A stretch of 64,000 nucleotides of DNA, from the NCBI GenBank assembly GCA_017631635.1, contig JAGBSX010000042.1, forward strand, positions 2,330 through 66,329. Direction: 5' to 3'. Of this stretch, positions 9,989 through 20,928 are shown piece after piece. The notes beneath the pieces are model-generated. The model was not told the DNA's origin, did not search any database, and worked only from the letters and a program-made list of their open reading frames with translations. Numbering within the stretch: the first letter of the stretch is position 1; each line of letters begins with the position of its first letter. The position numbers and the translations under genes were made by a program. This stretch comes from Clostridia bacterium (lineage in GTDB: Bacteria > Bacillota > Clostridia > Christensenellales > RUG350).

Positions 9989-10042
9989 TACAACAAAAAG
10001 TTGAATTCTTGTGTATTTTTCATACAACCATTAGTTGAATTC
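9989..10042. promoter_or_regulatory. Two 20-bp direct repeats (candidate operators), each with a CAAC-N5-GTTG dyad plus GAATTC
   Basis: tacaacaaaaagttgaattc (9989-10008) and tacaaccattagttgaattc (10023-10042). 16/20 identical, 34 bp apart. The proximal copy abuts a TATAAT on the minus strand. Confidence 0.4.
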
Positions 10043-10082
10043 GCGTAAAAAACGGTTGTTTTTTTAATATTTTTCATAAATA

Positions 10083-10116
10083 TAAAAAAATGTCGCAAGC
10101 AAAGTTGCTCACGACA
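10083..10116 (-). terminator. Intrinsic terminator closing the orphan structured RNA
   Basis: Minus strand tgtcgtgagca-actt-tgcttgcgaca (11 bp including 2 G-U pairs) followed by ttttttta. Confidence 0.7.
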
Positions 10117-10247
10117 CTGTAGAAATGCCATATCTTTGCTTGTTGCGACACAAGTTACTAATATCTTTGAGGATTTTTAGTACAATAAAGGTACAGCACT
10201 CTTACCGAAGATGTGCCTCAAAGATAAAAATTATTCACTTATGTCGC
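10085..10247 (-). ncRNA. Unclassified ~165-nt structured RNA (sRNA or cis-acting leader/attenuator)
   Basis: Bounded by a near-consensus promoter and an intrinsic terminator. Long imperfect hairpin: gcgacataagt pairs with acttgtgtcgc, and atctttgagg pairs with cctcaaagat. It also has an alternative antiterminator-like pairing. Confidence 0.45.
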
Positions 10248-10253
10248 AATTTT

Positions 10254-10282
10254 ATTATATTATTTATCCATTGTTAAGTCAA
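10254..10282 (-). promoter_or_regulatory. Near-consensus sigma-70-type promoter of the structured RNA
   Basis: Minus strand TTGACT-17 nt-TATAAT. Confidence 0.65.
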
Positions 10283-10318
10283 TAGTTTTGCAACTTAAAC
10301 TTATTTAACCAACCAAAA

Positions 10319-10347
10319 ACAATAAAAAACTCGCATTTTGCGAGTTC
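10319..10347 (-). terminator. Intrinsic terminator after the B-box membrane protein gene
   Basis: aactcgc...gcgagtt hairpin followed on the minus strand by ttttttatt. Confidence 0.7.
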
Positions 10348-10366
10348 TTTAGTCCTGTTTTTTTAA

Positions 10367-10882
10367 TTAAGGCATATTGTCGTAGAGGTCTCCGTTTTCC
10401 ATATCGGCAGTGTCAATGCGACCTGAGGATATCTCTTCGCTAGGTTGTTTGGAGTCAGGCTTGCCTTTCTTCTTGGTATTGGAGACGGTGACTACACCTT
10501 TGACTTTTTTCTTCTTGGGGTTGATAATCTCCTGTGCTTTTTTGTAAGATTTCTTGCCTTTGGTGATATTAAATAGCACCGCCAACAAGAATATAACTAC
10601 TATCGCTACTCCTGCTCCTATCAATAATATATTGTCGTCTACCTTGTCCAGTAGCAATTCTAACAATATAGCCACTAGCGCCACTATAACAGCACCTATC
10701 AAGGTCGTAGATATTATCCTACCTACGTTTTTCTTGAGCCTCGCCTTGTACGTATTGGATTTGCAATCAGGACATAGGCTATCATATTTGCCACCTATCA
10801 TAGCACAATCGTAGCACATAGCACGGCCACAACTCTTGCATACTGCTACTGCAGGTACGTTTTCGTGATTAAAACAATTCAT
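10367..10882 (-). CDS. B-box/zinc-ribbon membrane protein, hypothetical
   Basis: 171 aa. N-terminal CxxC pairs (CKSCGRAMCYDC...CPDCK), two TM helices, Lys-rich tail. Confidence 0.6.
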   Translation of the reverse strand: MNCFNHENVPAVAVCKSCGRAMCYDCAMIGGKYDSLCPDCKSNTYKARLKKNVGRIISTTLIGAVIVALVAILLELLLDKVDDNILLIGAGVAIVVIFLLAVLFNITKGKKSYKKAQEIINPKKKKVKGVVTVSNTKKKGKPDSKQPSEEISSGRIDTADMENGDLYDNMP

Positions 10883-10891
10883 AATTACCTC

Positions 10892-11530
10892 CTATACATT
10901 ACCCACTAGGTTTGTCTTGAGTTTGCCTAGGTGAGTATCCATACCATAGGTCTTGACGTGCATCTTGCCTTCGCCAAATTCGCAAACGGTGATACTAGCA
11001 TTGGTCGCCCAAGGTATCTCGCTGAGTCCGTCCACACTACCAGTCTCTGCCATACACCTGATAGCCCTGATAGGTGTGGCGTGAGTGACCACGCATATCT
11101 TCTTGCCTGGGTATCTGTCGGCTAGTTCTCTGAGAGCAGATAGCACTCTGTCTCCCATCTCGGCGACACTCTCTCCTCCGTCTGGACAAGCGTGTCCTAT
11201 ATCCTCTACCCAAGTACCATACGAGTCGGGATATCTCTCCACTAGTTTGTCATAGGAGAGACCTTCCCAAGCACCTGCGTTTATCTCCCTGAGATTTTTG
11301 CTAAGTAGTACGGGGATAGAGAACCTATTGCTAATCTGTCTGGCAGTCATCACGGCTCTATCGAGGTCACTACTATATATGATATCTACTCTAGGCAAGG
11401 CTGATGCTACTAGTTTGGCTTGTGTGACGCCTAGGTCTGTGAGAGGGAAGTTCTTCCACCCTGTAAACACACGCCTACGGTTTGATTCGCTCTCTCCGTG
11501 CCTGATTAGATAAAAAGTCGTCCTAGTCAT
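10892..11530 (-). CDS. Histidine phosphatase family protein (phosphoglycerate mutase-like)
   Basis: 212 aa. Catalytic LIRHGESESN motif and a downstream VVTHATPIRA block. Confidence 0.8.
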   Translation of the reverse strand: MTRTTFYLIRHGESESNRRRVFTGWKNFPLTDLGVTQAKLVASALPRVDIIYSSDLDRAVMTARQISNRFSIPVLLSKNLREINAGAWEGLSYDKLVERYPDSYGTWVEDIGHACPDGGESVAEMGDRVLSALRELADRYPGKKICVVTHATPIRAIRCMAETGSVDGLSEIPWATNASITVCEFGEGKMHVKTYGMDTHLGKLKTNLVGNV

Positions 11531-11538
11531 ATATTACA

Positions 11539-12315
11539 TTACCTACTCTTCTTTTTGTTTTGTTGTTGACTACACCATATCTTCATCACCAAAGAGTGTG
11601 GCAATAGTTTGACAAGTCTCACTTGGTTGCGTATAGGCAAACCACATACGGACACTTGTTTCTTCTTCTTGAGGTCTTTGAGCGCTCTATCTACTACTTG
11701 TGTAGCGGTATAGGTGTGATTAAAATAATTCACCCTGCCATTGTTGGTGGTCTCTGCTCTGTCAAAAAACTCCGTCTTTACCCAACCTGGACATATAGCC
11801 ATACAATGTATACCTCTAGGCTTGAGTTCCATACATAGACCTCTACTATAACTAAGCACAAATGCCTTGGTAGCAGCGTACACGTTGAGATATGGCACAG
11901 GTTGAAATGCCGATAGACTATCTAGATTGAGTATGCTAGCCCCCTCACTCATATATGGTAGGGTGAGTTGGGTGATATTCACTAGCGCCTTGCAGTTGAG
12001 GTCTATCATACCGTTGCAGTCCTCTAGTGGCACGTCCTCATAAGTACCAAATTTGCCATAGCCACTACAATTGACCAACATCTTGACGTCTGGGCTAGCC
12101 TGTTTAAGTAGAGTCGCATATTCACTATAACTCAATGCGTCAGTCAAGTCAAGTGAAATAGCCCTCACAGGTATACCTATCTCGGCTTGGAGAGACTCTA
12201 GTCTTTCTTTTCTACGGGCTATCACCCACAATTCGTCTAGTCCGCTCTTGTCTATCTTGAGGGCAAATTCTCTACCCATACCCGAACTAGCGCCTGTCAC
12301 GACTGCTATCTTCAT
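11539..12315 (-). CDS. SDR-family oxidoreductase
   Basis: 258 aa. TGASSGMG cofactor motif and YAATKAF catalytic motif. Confidence 0.85.
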   Translation of the reverse strand: MKIAVVTGASSGMGREFALKIDKSGLDELWVIARRKERLESLQAEIGIPVRAISLDLTDALSYSEYATLLKQASPDVKMLVNCSGYGKFGTYEDVPLEDCNGMIDLNCKALVNITQLTLPYMSEGASILNLDSLSAFQPVPYLNVYAATKAFVLSYSRGLCMELKPRGIHCMAICPGWVKTEFFDRAETTNNGRVNYFNHTYTATQVVDRALKDLKKKKQVSVCGLPIRNQVRLVKLLPHSLVMKIWCSQQQNKKKSR

Positions 12316-12360
12316 ATATTCCTCCTACCGAGGAGAGTCTCCCCTCCTCGGCATTATATC

Positions 12361-14883
12361 TTATTCTTCGGTAGTCTCCACTACCGTCTCTACCTCTATG
12401 GTAGCATCTGCTTCCACCTCAGGGGCTTGCTCCTCGTGTTCGGCTAGTGATATACATACCACCTTGCTATCCCCTTTGATTTTCATAATGCGTACACCCT
12501 TGGTAGCACGTCCTATGCGTCTAATCTCCTCACTATCTACTCTGATGATGATACCGTTGTCTGCTATGAGCATCACGTCTTGACCAGGTTTGAGCAGTTT
12601 GAGGTTGACTAGTCTACCAGTCTCGTCATTGATGACAGATGCAGTCACACCCTTGCCTGCACGACCTTGGAGTCTGTACTCGCTGAGTGGCGAACGCTTG
12701 CCGTAGCCATTGGAGGTGACGGTGATGACTTCGCTGTCTAGGTCTATGACGTTCATATCTACTACGTAGTCGTCCTCATTTAATTTCATACTACGCACAC
12801 CTTGGGTATCTCTGCCCATAGGTCTCACGTCAGTCTCGCTAAATCTGATACACTTACCTAGAGAGGTAGCCATGATTATCTCATCTTCGCCTGTGGTGAG
12901 TTGAGCAGATATCAATTCATCTCCCTCTGTCAATGATATGGCTATCTTGCCCACCTTACGTATAGACTTAAATTCGTCTAGCGAAGTCTTCTTGATATAG
13001 CCCTTGCGTGTGGCTAGCATCAAGTATTTAGCGCCCTCGCTGACTGGCATCAAGGTAGTGACTTTCTCTCCGTCGGTGAGTTGGAGAAGGTTGACTATCG
13101 CCCTACCTCTACCAGTACGCTCGCCCTCTGGTATCTCATATCCCTTGAGCACGTGTACTCTGCCACGGTCGGTGAAGAACATAATGTCCGTGTGTGTATT
13201 TGCCACAAACATATTCTCCACAAAATCCTCTTCCTTTGGCTTGTGTGCCGTGATACCTACGCCACCACGGTGTTGAGCCTTATAACTCTCCACAGGTATA
13301 CGCTTGACGTATCCGTAGTGTGTCATAGATACTACCACGTCCTCTTGCTCTATGAGGTCGGCGATATTTATCTCGTTGTAGTTGTGTTGGAGTTCGCTCT
13401 TACGTGGAGTATTGTAGGTGTCCTTGACCTCTAGTAGTTCTTTTTCTACGATTTGTACTACTCTGTAGTCGTTGGCTAGTATATCTACGTAATCTGCTAT
13501 GGTCACCTCTAGTTCTGCTAGTTCATTGGTAATCTTATCTACCTCTAGCGAAGTCAATCGACCTAGTCTCATATCTAGTATCGCTTGGGCTTGCTTGTCG
13601 CTGAGGTCAAATACTCTCATTAGTTCTGCCTTGGCAGTAGCAGTCTCCTTGCTATTCTTGATGACCTCGACCACCTCGTCGATATTCGCTAGCGCTATAG
13701 CCAATCCACGTAGGATATGTTCTCTATCTCTAGCCTTGTCTAGGTCGTATTTGGTACGGCGTACTACTACGTCCTTTTGGTGATCGACGTAGGATACTAG
13801 CATCTCTTTGAGATTGAGCACCTTTGGTCTACCGTCCTTGAGCGCCAAGAAGGTAATACCCATAGAGGTCTGGAGTTGAGTCATCTTAAATAAGGTATTG
13901 AGTACTACGTACGCACTACTATCCCTCTTGACCTCTATCACGATACGCATACCGTCTCTATCGGACTCGTCGTTAATATTTGATATACCTACTATCTTCT
14001 TGTCCTTGACTAGTTCTGCCATATTCTCTATGAGTCTAGCCTTGTTGACTTGGTATGGTAGTTCGGTGACTATTATCCTCTCACGAGTACCATTAGCATA
14101 CTCCTCTATCTCGGTGCGTGCTCTCATGACTACGCCACCATGTCCGGTGAGGTATGCTTGGCGTACATTTTGTCTACCTAGTATGATACCAGCAGTAGGG
14201 AAATCAGGAGCAGGGATATGCTCCATCAACTCCTCTATAGTGATATCTGGATTGCGTAGTAGGGCTACAGTACCGTCTATCACCTCTCCTAGATTGTGAG
14301 GAGGGATAGAGGTAGCCATACCTACTGCTATACCGTCACTACCATTGACTAGTAGGTTTGGGAATCTAGCAGGCAATACCTTGGGCTCTTCGAGAGAATC
14401 GTCGAAGTTTGGTCCCATATCTACGGTATTCTTGTCGATATCACGTAGCATTTCGTTGGCTATACGAGATAGTCTAGCCTCTGTATAACGTTGAGCAGCG
14501 GCAGGATCTCCGTCTATCGAGCCAAAGTTTCCTTGACCGTCTACTAGTGGCTCTCTGATAGAGAAGTCTTGTGCCAATCTCACCAATGCGTCGTAAACTG
14601 CACTATCACCGTGGGGGTGATACTTACCTAGCACTTCACCGACGATACGAGCACACTTCTTGTGTGGCTTGTCGTGAGTGAGACCTAGGTCGTTCATAGC
14701 GTACAATATACGGCGGTGTACGGGCTTGAGACCGTCTCTCACGTCTGGTATAGCACGTGATACGTTGACAGCCATAGCGTATGATATAAATGATTTTTTC
14801 AGTTCGTCCTCTACTTGTATCTTGAGAACTTTGGAATCGTCCAACAACTGTGACAATTGTGATTCGTGTACTTTGTCTGCCAT
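12361..14883 (-). CDS. gyrA: DNA gyrase subunit A
   Basis: 840 aa. [36 protein letters not shown]-terminal beta-pinwheel repeats. Confidence 0.97.
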   Translation of the reverse strand: MADKVHESQLSQLLDDSKVLKIQVEDELKKSFISYAMAVNVSRAIPDVRDGLKPVHRRILYAMNDLGLTHDKPHKKCARIVGEVLGKYHPHGDSAVYDALVRLAQDFSIREPLVDGQGNFGSIDGDPAAAQRYTEARLSRIANEMLRDIDKNTVDMGPNFDDSLEEPKVLPARFPNLLVNGSDGIAVGMATSIPPHNLGEVIDGTVALLRNPDITIEELMEHIPAPDFPTAGIILGRQNVRQAYLTGHGGVVMRARTEIEEYANGTRERIIVTELPYQVNKARLIENMAELVKDKKIVGISNINDESDRDGMRIVIEVKRDSSAYVVLNTLFKMTQLQTSMGITFLALKDGRPKVLNLKEMLVSYVDHQKDVVVRRTKYDLDKARDREHILRGLAIALANIDEVVEVIKNSKETATAKAELMRVFDLSDKQAQAILDMRLGRLTSLEVDKITNELAELEVTIADYVDILANDYRVVQIVEKELLEVKDTYNTPRKSELQHNYNEINIADLIEQEDVVVSMTHYGYVKRIPVESYKAQHRGGVGITAHKPKEEDFVENMFVANTHTDIMFFTDRGRVHVLKGYEIPEGERTGRGRAIVNLLQLTDGEKVTTLMPVSEGAKYLMLATRKGYIKKTSLDEFKSIRKVGKIAISLTEGDELISAQLTTGEDEIIMATSLGKCIRFSETDVRPMGRDTQGVRSMKLNEDDYVVDMNVIDLDSEVITVTSNGYGKRSPLSEYRLQGRAGKGVTASVINDETGRLVNLKLLKPGQDVMLIADNGIIIRVDSEEIRRIGRATKGVRIMKIKGDSKVVCISLAEHEEQAPEVEADATIEVETVVETTEE

Positions 14884-14896
14884 TTGTCAGTCCTCC

Positions 14897-16834
<1,938 letters not shown>

Positions 16835-16849
16835 CTACAAAAATAATCT

Positions 16850-16881
16850 CGCACACGCACACGCACGCACGCGTACGCGTA
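16850..16881. repeat. 32-nt perfectly alternating pyrimidine-purine tract (CG/CA-rich)
   Basis: cgcacacgcacacgcacgcacgcgtacgcgta. Lies between the predicted gyrB promoter and the gyrB ATG. Confidence 0.9.
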
Positions 16882-16950
16882 AATATATAGATGCGAAAAC
16901 GCATCTAGAGTAGTCTCCAAAAAAGATACAATTTGGCACTCTACGGTTAT

Positions 16951-16979
16951 ATTATATCATAGATATAATATCCTCGCAA
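16951..16979 (-). promoter_or_regulatory. Sigma-70-type promoter of gyrB-gyrA
   Basis: Minus strand TTGCGA-17 nt-TATAAT with a TGn extended -10. Confidence 0.55.
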
Positions 16980-17240
16980 GGATTTTGCCAACAATTTTTT
17001 GAAAAATTTTCATTTTAAGGGAATTTTGGGCGTATTGTCTATGCATTTCTTAATTATATCCAATTTGCCCTCTAGAGCGAAATTTTTAGCCCTAGATTTG
17101 ATGATATACCTTTTCTCACCGTGAACATACCACACGTAGACACGCATACGACATCTAATCTCCTATCTCAAAATATCATTTGACTAAATGAAAAAAAAGT
17201 GTTATTCTAATGATATATTTGATTTGGCTAGGAGGATACT

Positions 17241-17753
17241 ATGAAGACTATAGTGGCAGTAGACAAGTGCTGGGGAATAGGCAAAAATAACGATTTGCTA
17301 TTTTCTCTACCAGAGGATATGAAGTTCTTTAGACAAACCACGTCAGGCAAGGTGGTAGTGATGGGTAGCAATACACTCAAATCTTTCCCTGGTGGCAACC
17401 CTCTGAAAAATCGTACGAATATCGTACTATATCCTGGTGGCGACAAGCGTGACGACTGCACGATAGTAGATAGTATCGAAGAACTCAAAGACACCCTATC
17501 TCTATACCCTAGCGACGACACGTACGTAGTAGGTGGAGCATATTTTTACAAGACAATGATAGACTACTGCGACACAGCCCACATCACCAAGGTAGACGCC
17601 GACGGAGAGGCTACGGTATTCTTCCCAAATCTAGACGACAAGCCAAACTGGACCTGCGTAGAGGTATCCGAGCCTATAGAGACAAATGGTCTAATCATTA
17701 GATTTTGCACCTACAAAAATTGCGACGTCAAGCCCCTATCCGAACTAAAATAA
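17241..17753 (+). CDS. folA: Dihydrofolate reductase
   Basis: 170 aa. VAVDKCWGIGKNNDLLFSLPEDMKFFRQTT, VVMGSNTLKS, VVGGAYFY. Confidence 0.9.
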   Translation: MKTIVAVDKCWGIGKNNDLLFSLPEDMKFFRQTTSGKVVVMGSNTLKSFPGGNPLKNRTNIVLYPGGDKRDDCTIVDSIEELKDTLSLYPSDDTYVVGGAYFYKTMIDYCDTAHITKVDADGEATVFFPNLDDKPNWTCVEVSEPIETNGLIIRFCTYKNCDVKPLSELK

Positions 17754-17770
17754 GACAATCTCAAAACTAA

Positions 17771-17808
17771 AAACACACTAACTCGACGATAAGTTAGTGT
17801 GTTTTTTA
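17771..17808. terminator. Bidirectional terminator shared by folA and the TIR-LRR gene
   Basis: acacactaact-cgacgat-aagttagtgtgt hairpin flanked by an A-run and a T-run. Confidence 0.8.
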
Positions 17809-17832
17809 TTATCTTCTTTGATAAAATTTCAT

Positions 17833-19425
17833 TTATGCGTGATGAGGGATATCTCTGATATCGCAGTATCTAGCAGCGTCAGAGTTGTCACTACACACGA
17901 TAGTCACACCCTCGCAACCATTGAATAGTCCCCAACCGAAGTCGTGCACGCTGTCTGGTATGACTACCTTCTTGAGAGAAGTACAACCTCTAAATGCAGT
18001 ATCATCTATCTTGTTGACACTATCTGGCAACACTATCTCCTCTATGGAGGTACAAGCGTAAAATGCTCCCTCTCCTATCTCTACTACGCTATCAGGGATA
18101 GTGACGGACTGGAGATGGCTACACTCACAAAACGCCCAGTCACTAATCACGGTCACGCTATCTGGCACTTCGTAAGTAGTAGCATCTATCTGACAAGGAT
18201 AGCAGATGAGAGTAGATTTGTTCTTGTTGAACAATACTCCGTCTAGTGACTTAAACCACTTATTTTTGGGGTCGACTAGTATACTCTCTAGTTTGCCACA
18301 GCCTCTAAATGGTCCAGAACCTATATTCGTCACCGACATAGGTATAGTGATACTCTTTAGGCTCTTGCAGTCCTTAAAGGCATTTTTACCTATCTTGGTG
18401 ATATTGTTCTTCATATCGATATTCTCTAGTTCTACACAGCCATTAAACACCATATCGTCTATCTTGGTGACGAACTGTGGTATATCTATACTCTTGAGAC
18501 TAGCGCAATCAGCAAAAGAACTCTCGCCTAGTATAGTCAATTTCTTGGGAAGTTTGATGTCCACTAGAGCCTTACAACTATTGAATACTCCACCATATAT
18601 CTCCGTCATCTCGTCGTTGAGGGAGACGTCTACCAGATTAGCGCAGTTCTCAAATGCTCTCTCGCCTAGTTCGATATCGTCGTTCTCCACCACTAGTTTG
18701 GTGAGGGATATACAGTCTCTAAATGCACTCTCGCCTACTTTTCGTACGTTTTGAGGTAGATATACGTATTCTAGTTCTTTGCAACCTCTACAAGCCTCTT
18801 TTCTGAGTTCTTGCACTTCGTCGCCTATGTCTAGTTTCTCTAGTTTGACGCAATTTTTGAAAGCGCCCTCTCCTATCACCTTGACACCACTAGGCACGCT
18901 TAGATGATTAGAACCATCTTTGCACTTGAGTAGCACTCCGTCCTCTACCTCTAGACTACGCATAGTCTCTATAGGTAGACCTGAGATAAGTTTTTGGATA
19001 TATTTGTCAGAGCCTGCATTGACACCTTTGACGTGCTGAAGATTTTCTAGTATCATCTTGAGCGCTGGAGGTATCTCTACGTCGTCGCTAAGATATATAG
19101 GATATATCTTTTTGTTATTTTTGTATGCGGTGATTATCTCCATACCACAGTACTTGGACTGCAACGCCGAATTGGACAAAAATAGCAAAAAGGCGCTACA
19201 ATTCTCTATCCTTACTCGGAGTTCTTCTCTGAAGTCCTCTCCTATCTCCATAGTGTCGTCGTACCAAAAGCGAAATTTCTCTCTATCTATCATTTTGAGA
19301 ATTCTATACACCTCTTGGCTATCTCTATGAGAATAACTAATGAATATGTACGGCTCGTTGCCCTCATACGAATTGAGGTCCATCTTGACAAAATCATCTT
19401 GCCATTGTGCGTTTGTCTCTTGCAT
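17833..19425 (-). CDS. TIR domain protein fused to BspA-type leucine-rich repeats; no signal peptide
   Basis: 530 aa. TIR blocks: YIFISYSHRD, FWYDD, AFLLFLSNSALQSKYCGMEI (conserved Glu present). Then about 13 repeats with an F-x-x-C-x-x-L core (GAFKNCVKLEKLDI, SAFRDCISLTKLVV, and so on). Confidence 0.8.
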   Translation of the reverse strand: MQETNAQWQDDFVKMDLNSYEGNEPYIFISYSHRDSQEVYRILKMIDREKFRFWYDDTMEIGEDFREELRVRIENCSAFLLFLSNSALQSKYCGMEIITAYKNNKKIYPIYLSDDVEIPPALKMILENLQHVKGVNAGSDKYIQKLISGLPIETMRSLEVEDGVLLKCKDGSNHLSVPSGVKVIGEGAFKNCVKLEKLDIGDEVQELRKEACRGCKELEYVYLPQNVRKVGESAFRDCISLTKLVVENDDIELGERAFENCANLVDVSLNDEMTEIYGGVFNSCKALVDIKLPKKLTILGESSFADCASLKSIDIPQFVTKIDDMVFNGCVELENIDMKNNITKIGKNAFKDCKSLKSITIPMSVTNIGSGPFRGCGKLESILVDPKNKWFKSLDGVLFNKNKSTLICYPCQIDATTYEVPDSVTVISDWAFCECSHLQSVTIPDSVVEIGEGAFYACTSIEEIVLPDSVNKIDDTAFRGCTSLKKVVIPDSVHDFGWGLFNGCEGVTIVCSDNSDAARYCDIRDIPHHA

Positions 19426-19439
19426 AATCTTCTCCTCCC

Positions 19440-20744
19440 CTATAATACTATGCTCAATCCTACTAATGCCATGATTAGCGTAGGTATCGCTATAGTGACT
19501 CCTATCTTTAGAAAATCTAGATACCCAAATTTGTGTCCATGCTCATTGAGTATAGACCCCCACATTATACCTGCTAGTGCTCCTATAGGCGTCATAAATG
19601 CGCCTAGATTTGAGCCAATCACAGTAGCGAATACTGCTCCACTCAATCCCTCTACAGCCCCCAGAGATGACAATATAGATGAGAATAACACACTCATAGG
19701 TATATTGTTGATGAGGTTTGAGGCGATAAAAGAGGTGACACCGTACTTAAATATCAAGCCTCCCTCTCCCAAAGCCCCTGCTATGAGAGTAGTCACACCT
19801 GCACTATCTAGCGCCACTATGATGACGAACATAGACAGTACGAAAGGTATCAACTCGTATGGACCTCTCCTCAAGGTGTTGGCTAGTAGAGTAGGTCGTT
19901 CTCTCCTCACTATAGATATGATGATAGTCACCACCACCAGACTCACTACGCTAAATAGTGATACTAGCCACATCTCTATATTGATATACGAACCTATCGC
20001 TAGTAGTAGAGTACATATCGCTAGATGCGCTATACCTACTATTAACAAGGTCTTATCACCCAAGGCTATATCCTCTGCCTCCCCAGATATAGGTTGGCGA
20101 AGATGCTTGCCAAACACTAGACAAAGCATACCAAATGCAGTAGCACCTGCTATGATAGTAGGCACTATCATCACTCCTAGATAATCTACAAATCCTATAC
20201 CTAGCGCGGTAGACAGATAAATGTTGGTAGGATTACCTATGATGAGAGCCATACTCCAGGTGTTGGCGGCTACGAATTCTGCCGCGAGGTAAGGTATAGC
20301 GTTTATCTTGGCATTTTTGGCGAAATAACATATAAAGGGGGTAAATGATAGTACTATTATATCGTTTGAGGTAAATACAGTCAATACCGACACCGTGAGG
20401 TATAGATACAAAAACAACTTGAATTGACCGTTTTTCGCCTTCTTGAGAGTGACGCTAGCGAGGTATCTAAAGAAACCTAATTCGTCCAAAAATATAGACA
20501 TCAACGTCATAGATATGAATAGTACCAGTATCTTGAGAGGATTGATAGCCGTATCGGCGAGCAACGCACCAGTCACCTCGGAGACGTCCACTAGTCCTAG
20601 TAGTATGAGCGTCAATGCTCCCAGTAGAGTGACTACCCAATAAGACGATAGCGCAATCTTGCCCAACTTAATCTTGGGCAAGAATAAGACTGCTAATATC
20701 ATCAATATACAGGTGATAGCGCTAAGCACTATAGTAATTATCAT
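19440..20744 (-). CDS. ArsB/NhaD (IT superfamily, CitMHS-like) permease
   Basis: 434 aa, roughly 12 TM helices, typical permease composition. Ends 14 nt upstream of the TIR-LRR start. Confidence 0.7.
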   Translation of the reverse strand: MIITIVLSAITCILMILAVLFLPKIKLGKIALSSYWVVTLLGALTLILLGLVDVSEVTGALLADTAINPLKILVLFISMTLMSIFLDELGFFRYLASVTLKKAKNGQFKLFLYLYLTVSVLTVFTSNDIIVLSFTPFICYFAKNAKINAIPYLAAEFVAANTWSMALIIGNPTNIYLSTALGIGFVDYLGVMIVPTIIAGATAFGMLCLVFGKHLRQPISGEAEDIALGDKTLLIVGIAHLAICTLLLAIGSYINIEMWLVSLFSVVSLVVVTIIISIVRRERPTLLANTLRRGPYELIPFVLSMFVIIVALDSAGVTTLIAGALGEGGLIFKYGVTSFIASNLINNIPMSVLFSSILSSLGAVEGLSGAVFATVIGSNLGAFMTPIGALAGIMWGSILNEHGHKFGYLDFLKIGVTIAIPTLIMALVGLSIVL

Positions 20745-20928
20745 AAAATCTCTCTCTTATATACTTAGTATATAATTTATGATAGCACACGATATCTAGG
20801 TGTGTCAATGATATTATATTTTTTTGCCAAAAAATAACCGTACAATATACATACTACGTCTATATAACTTGACTTGCACTCAAAAAAAGTAGTAAAGTAT
20901 ATTATACTATAACACCGAGAGGTAAAAA

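Noticed and set aside
16850-16881. CG/CA tract as a CRISPR repeat or contingency microsatellite
   Set aside because: It is a single irregular tract with no unit repeated with fixed period and no spacers. It lies outside coding sequence, so a phase-variation reading is not supported.
19315-20184. 289-aa plus-strand ORF spanning the TIR-LRR/permease junction
   Set aside because: It is antisense to two convincing minus-strand genes, has no recognisable motifs, and crosses their intergenic RBS. The same reasoning applies to the other long antisense ORFs inside gyrA, gyrB, tsaE, nfnB, the S8 gene (59884-60375), the L24 gene (61076-61573) and the flippase-like gene (50248-50721).
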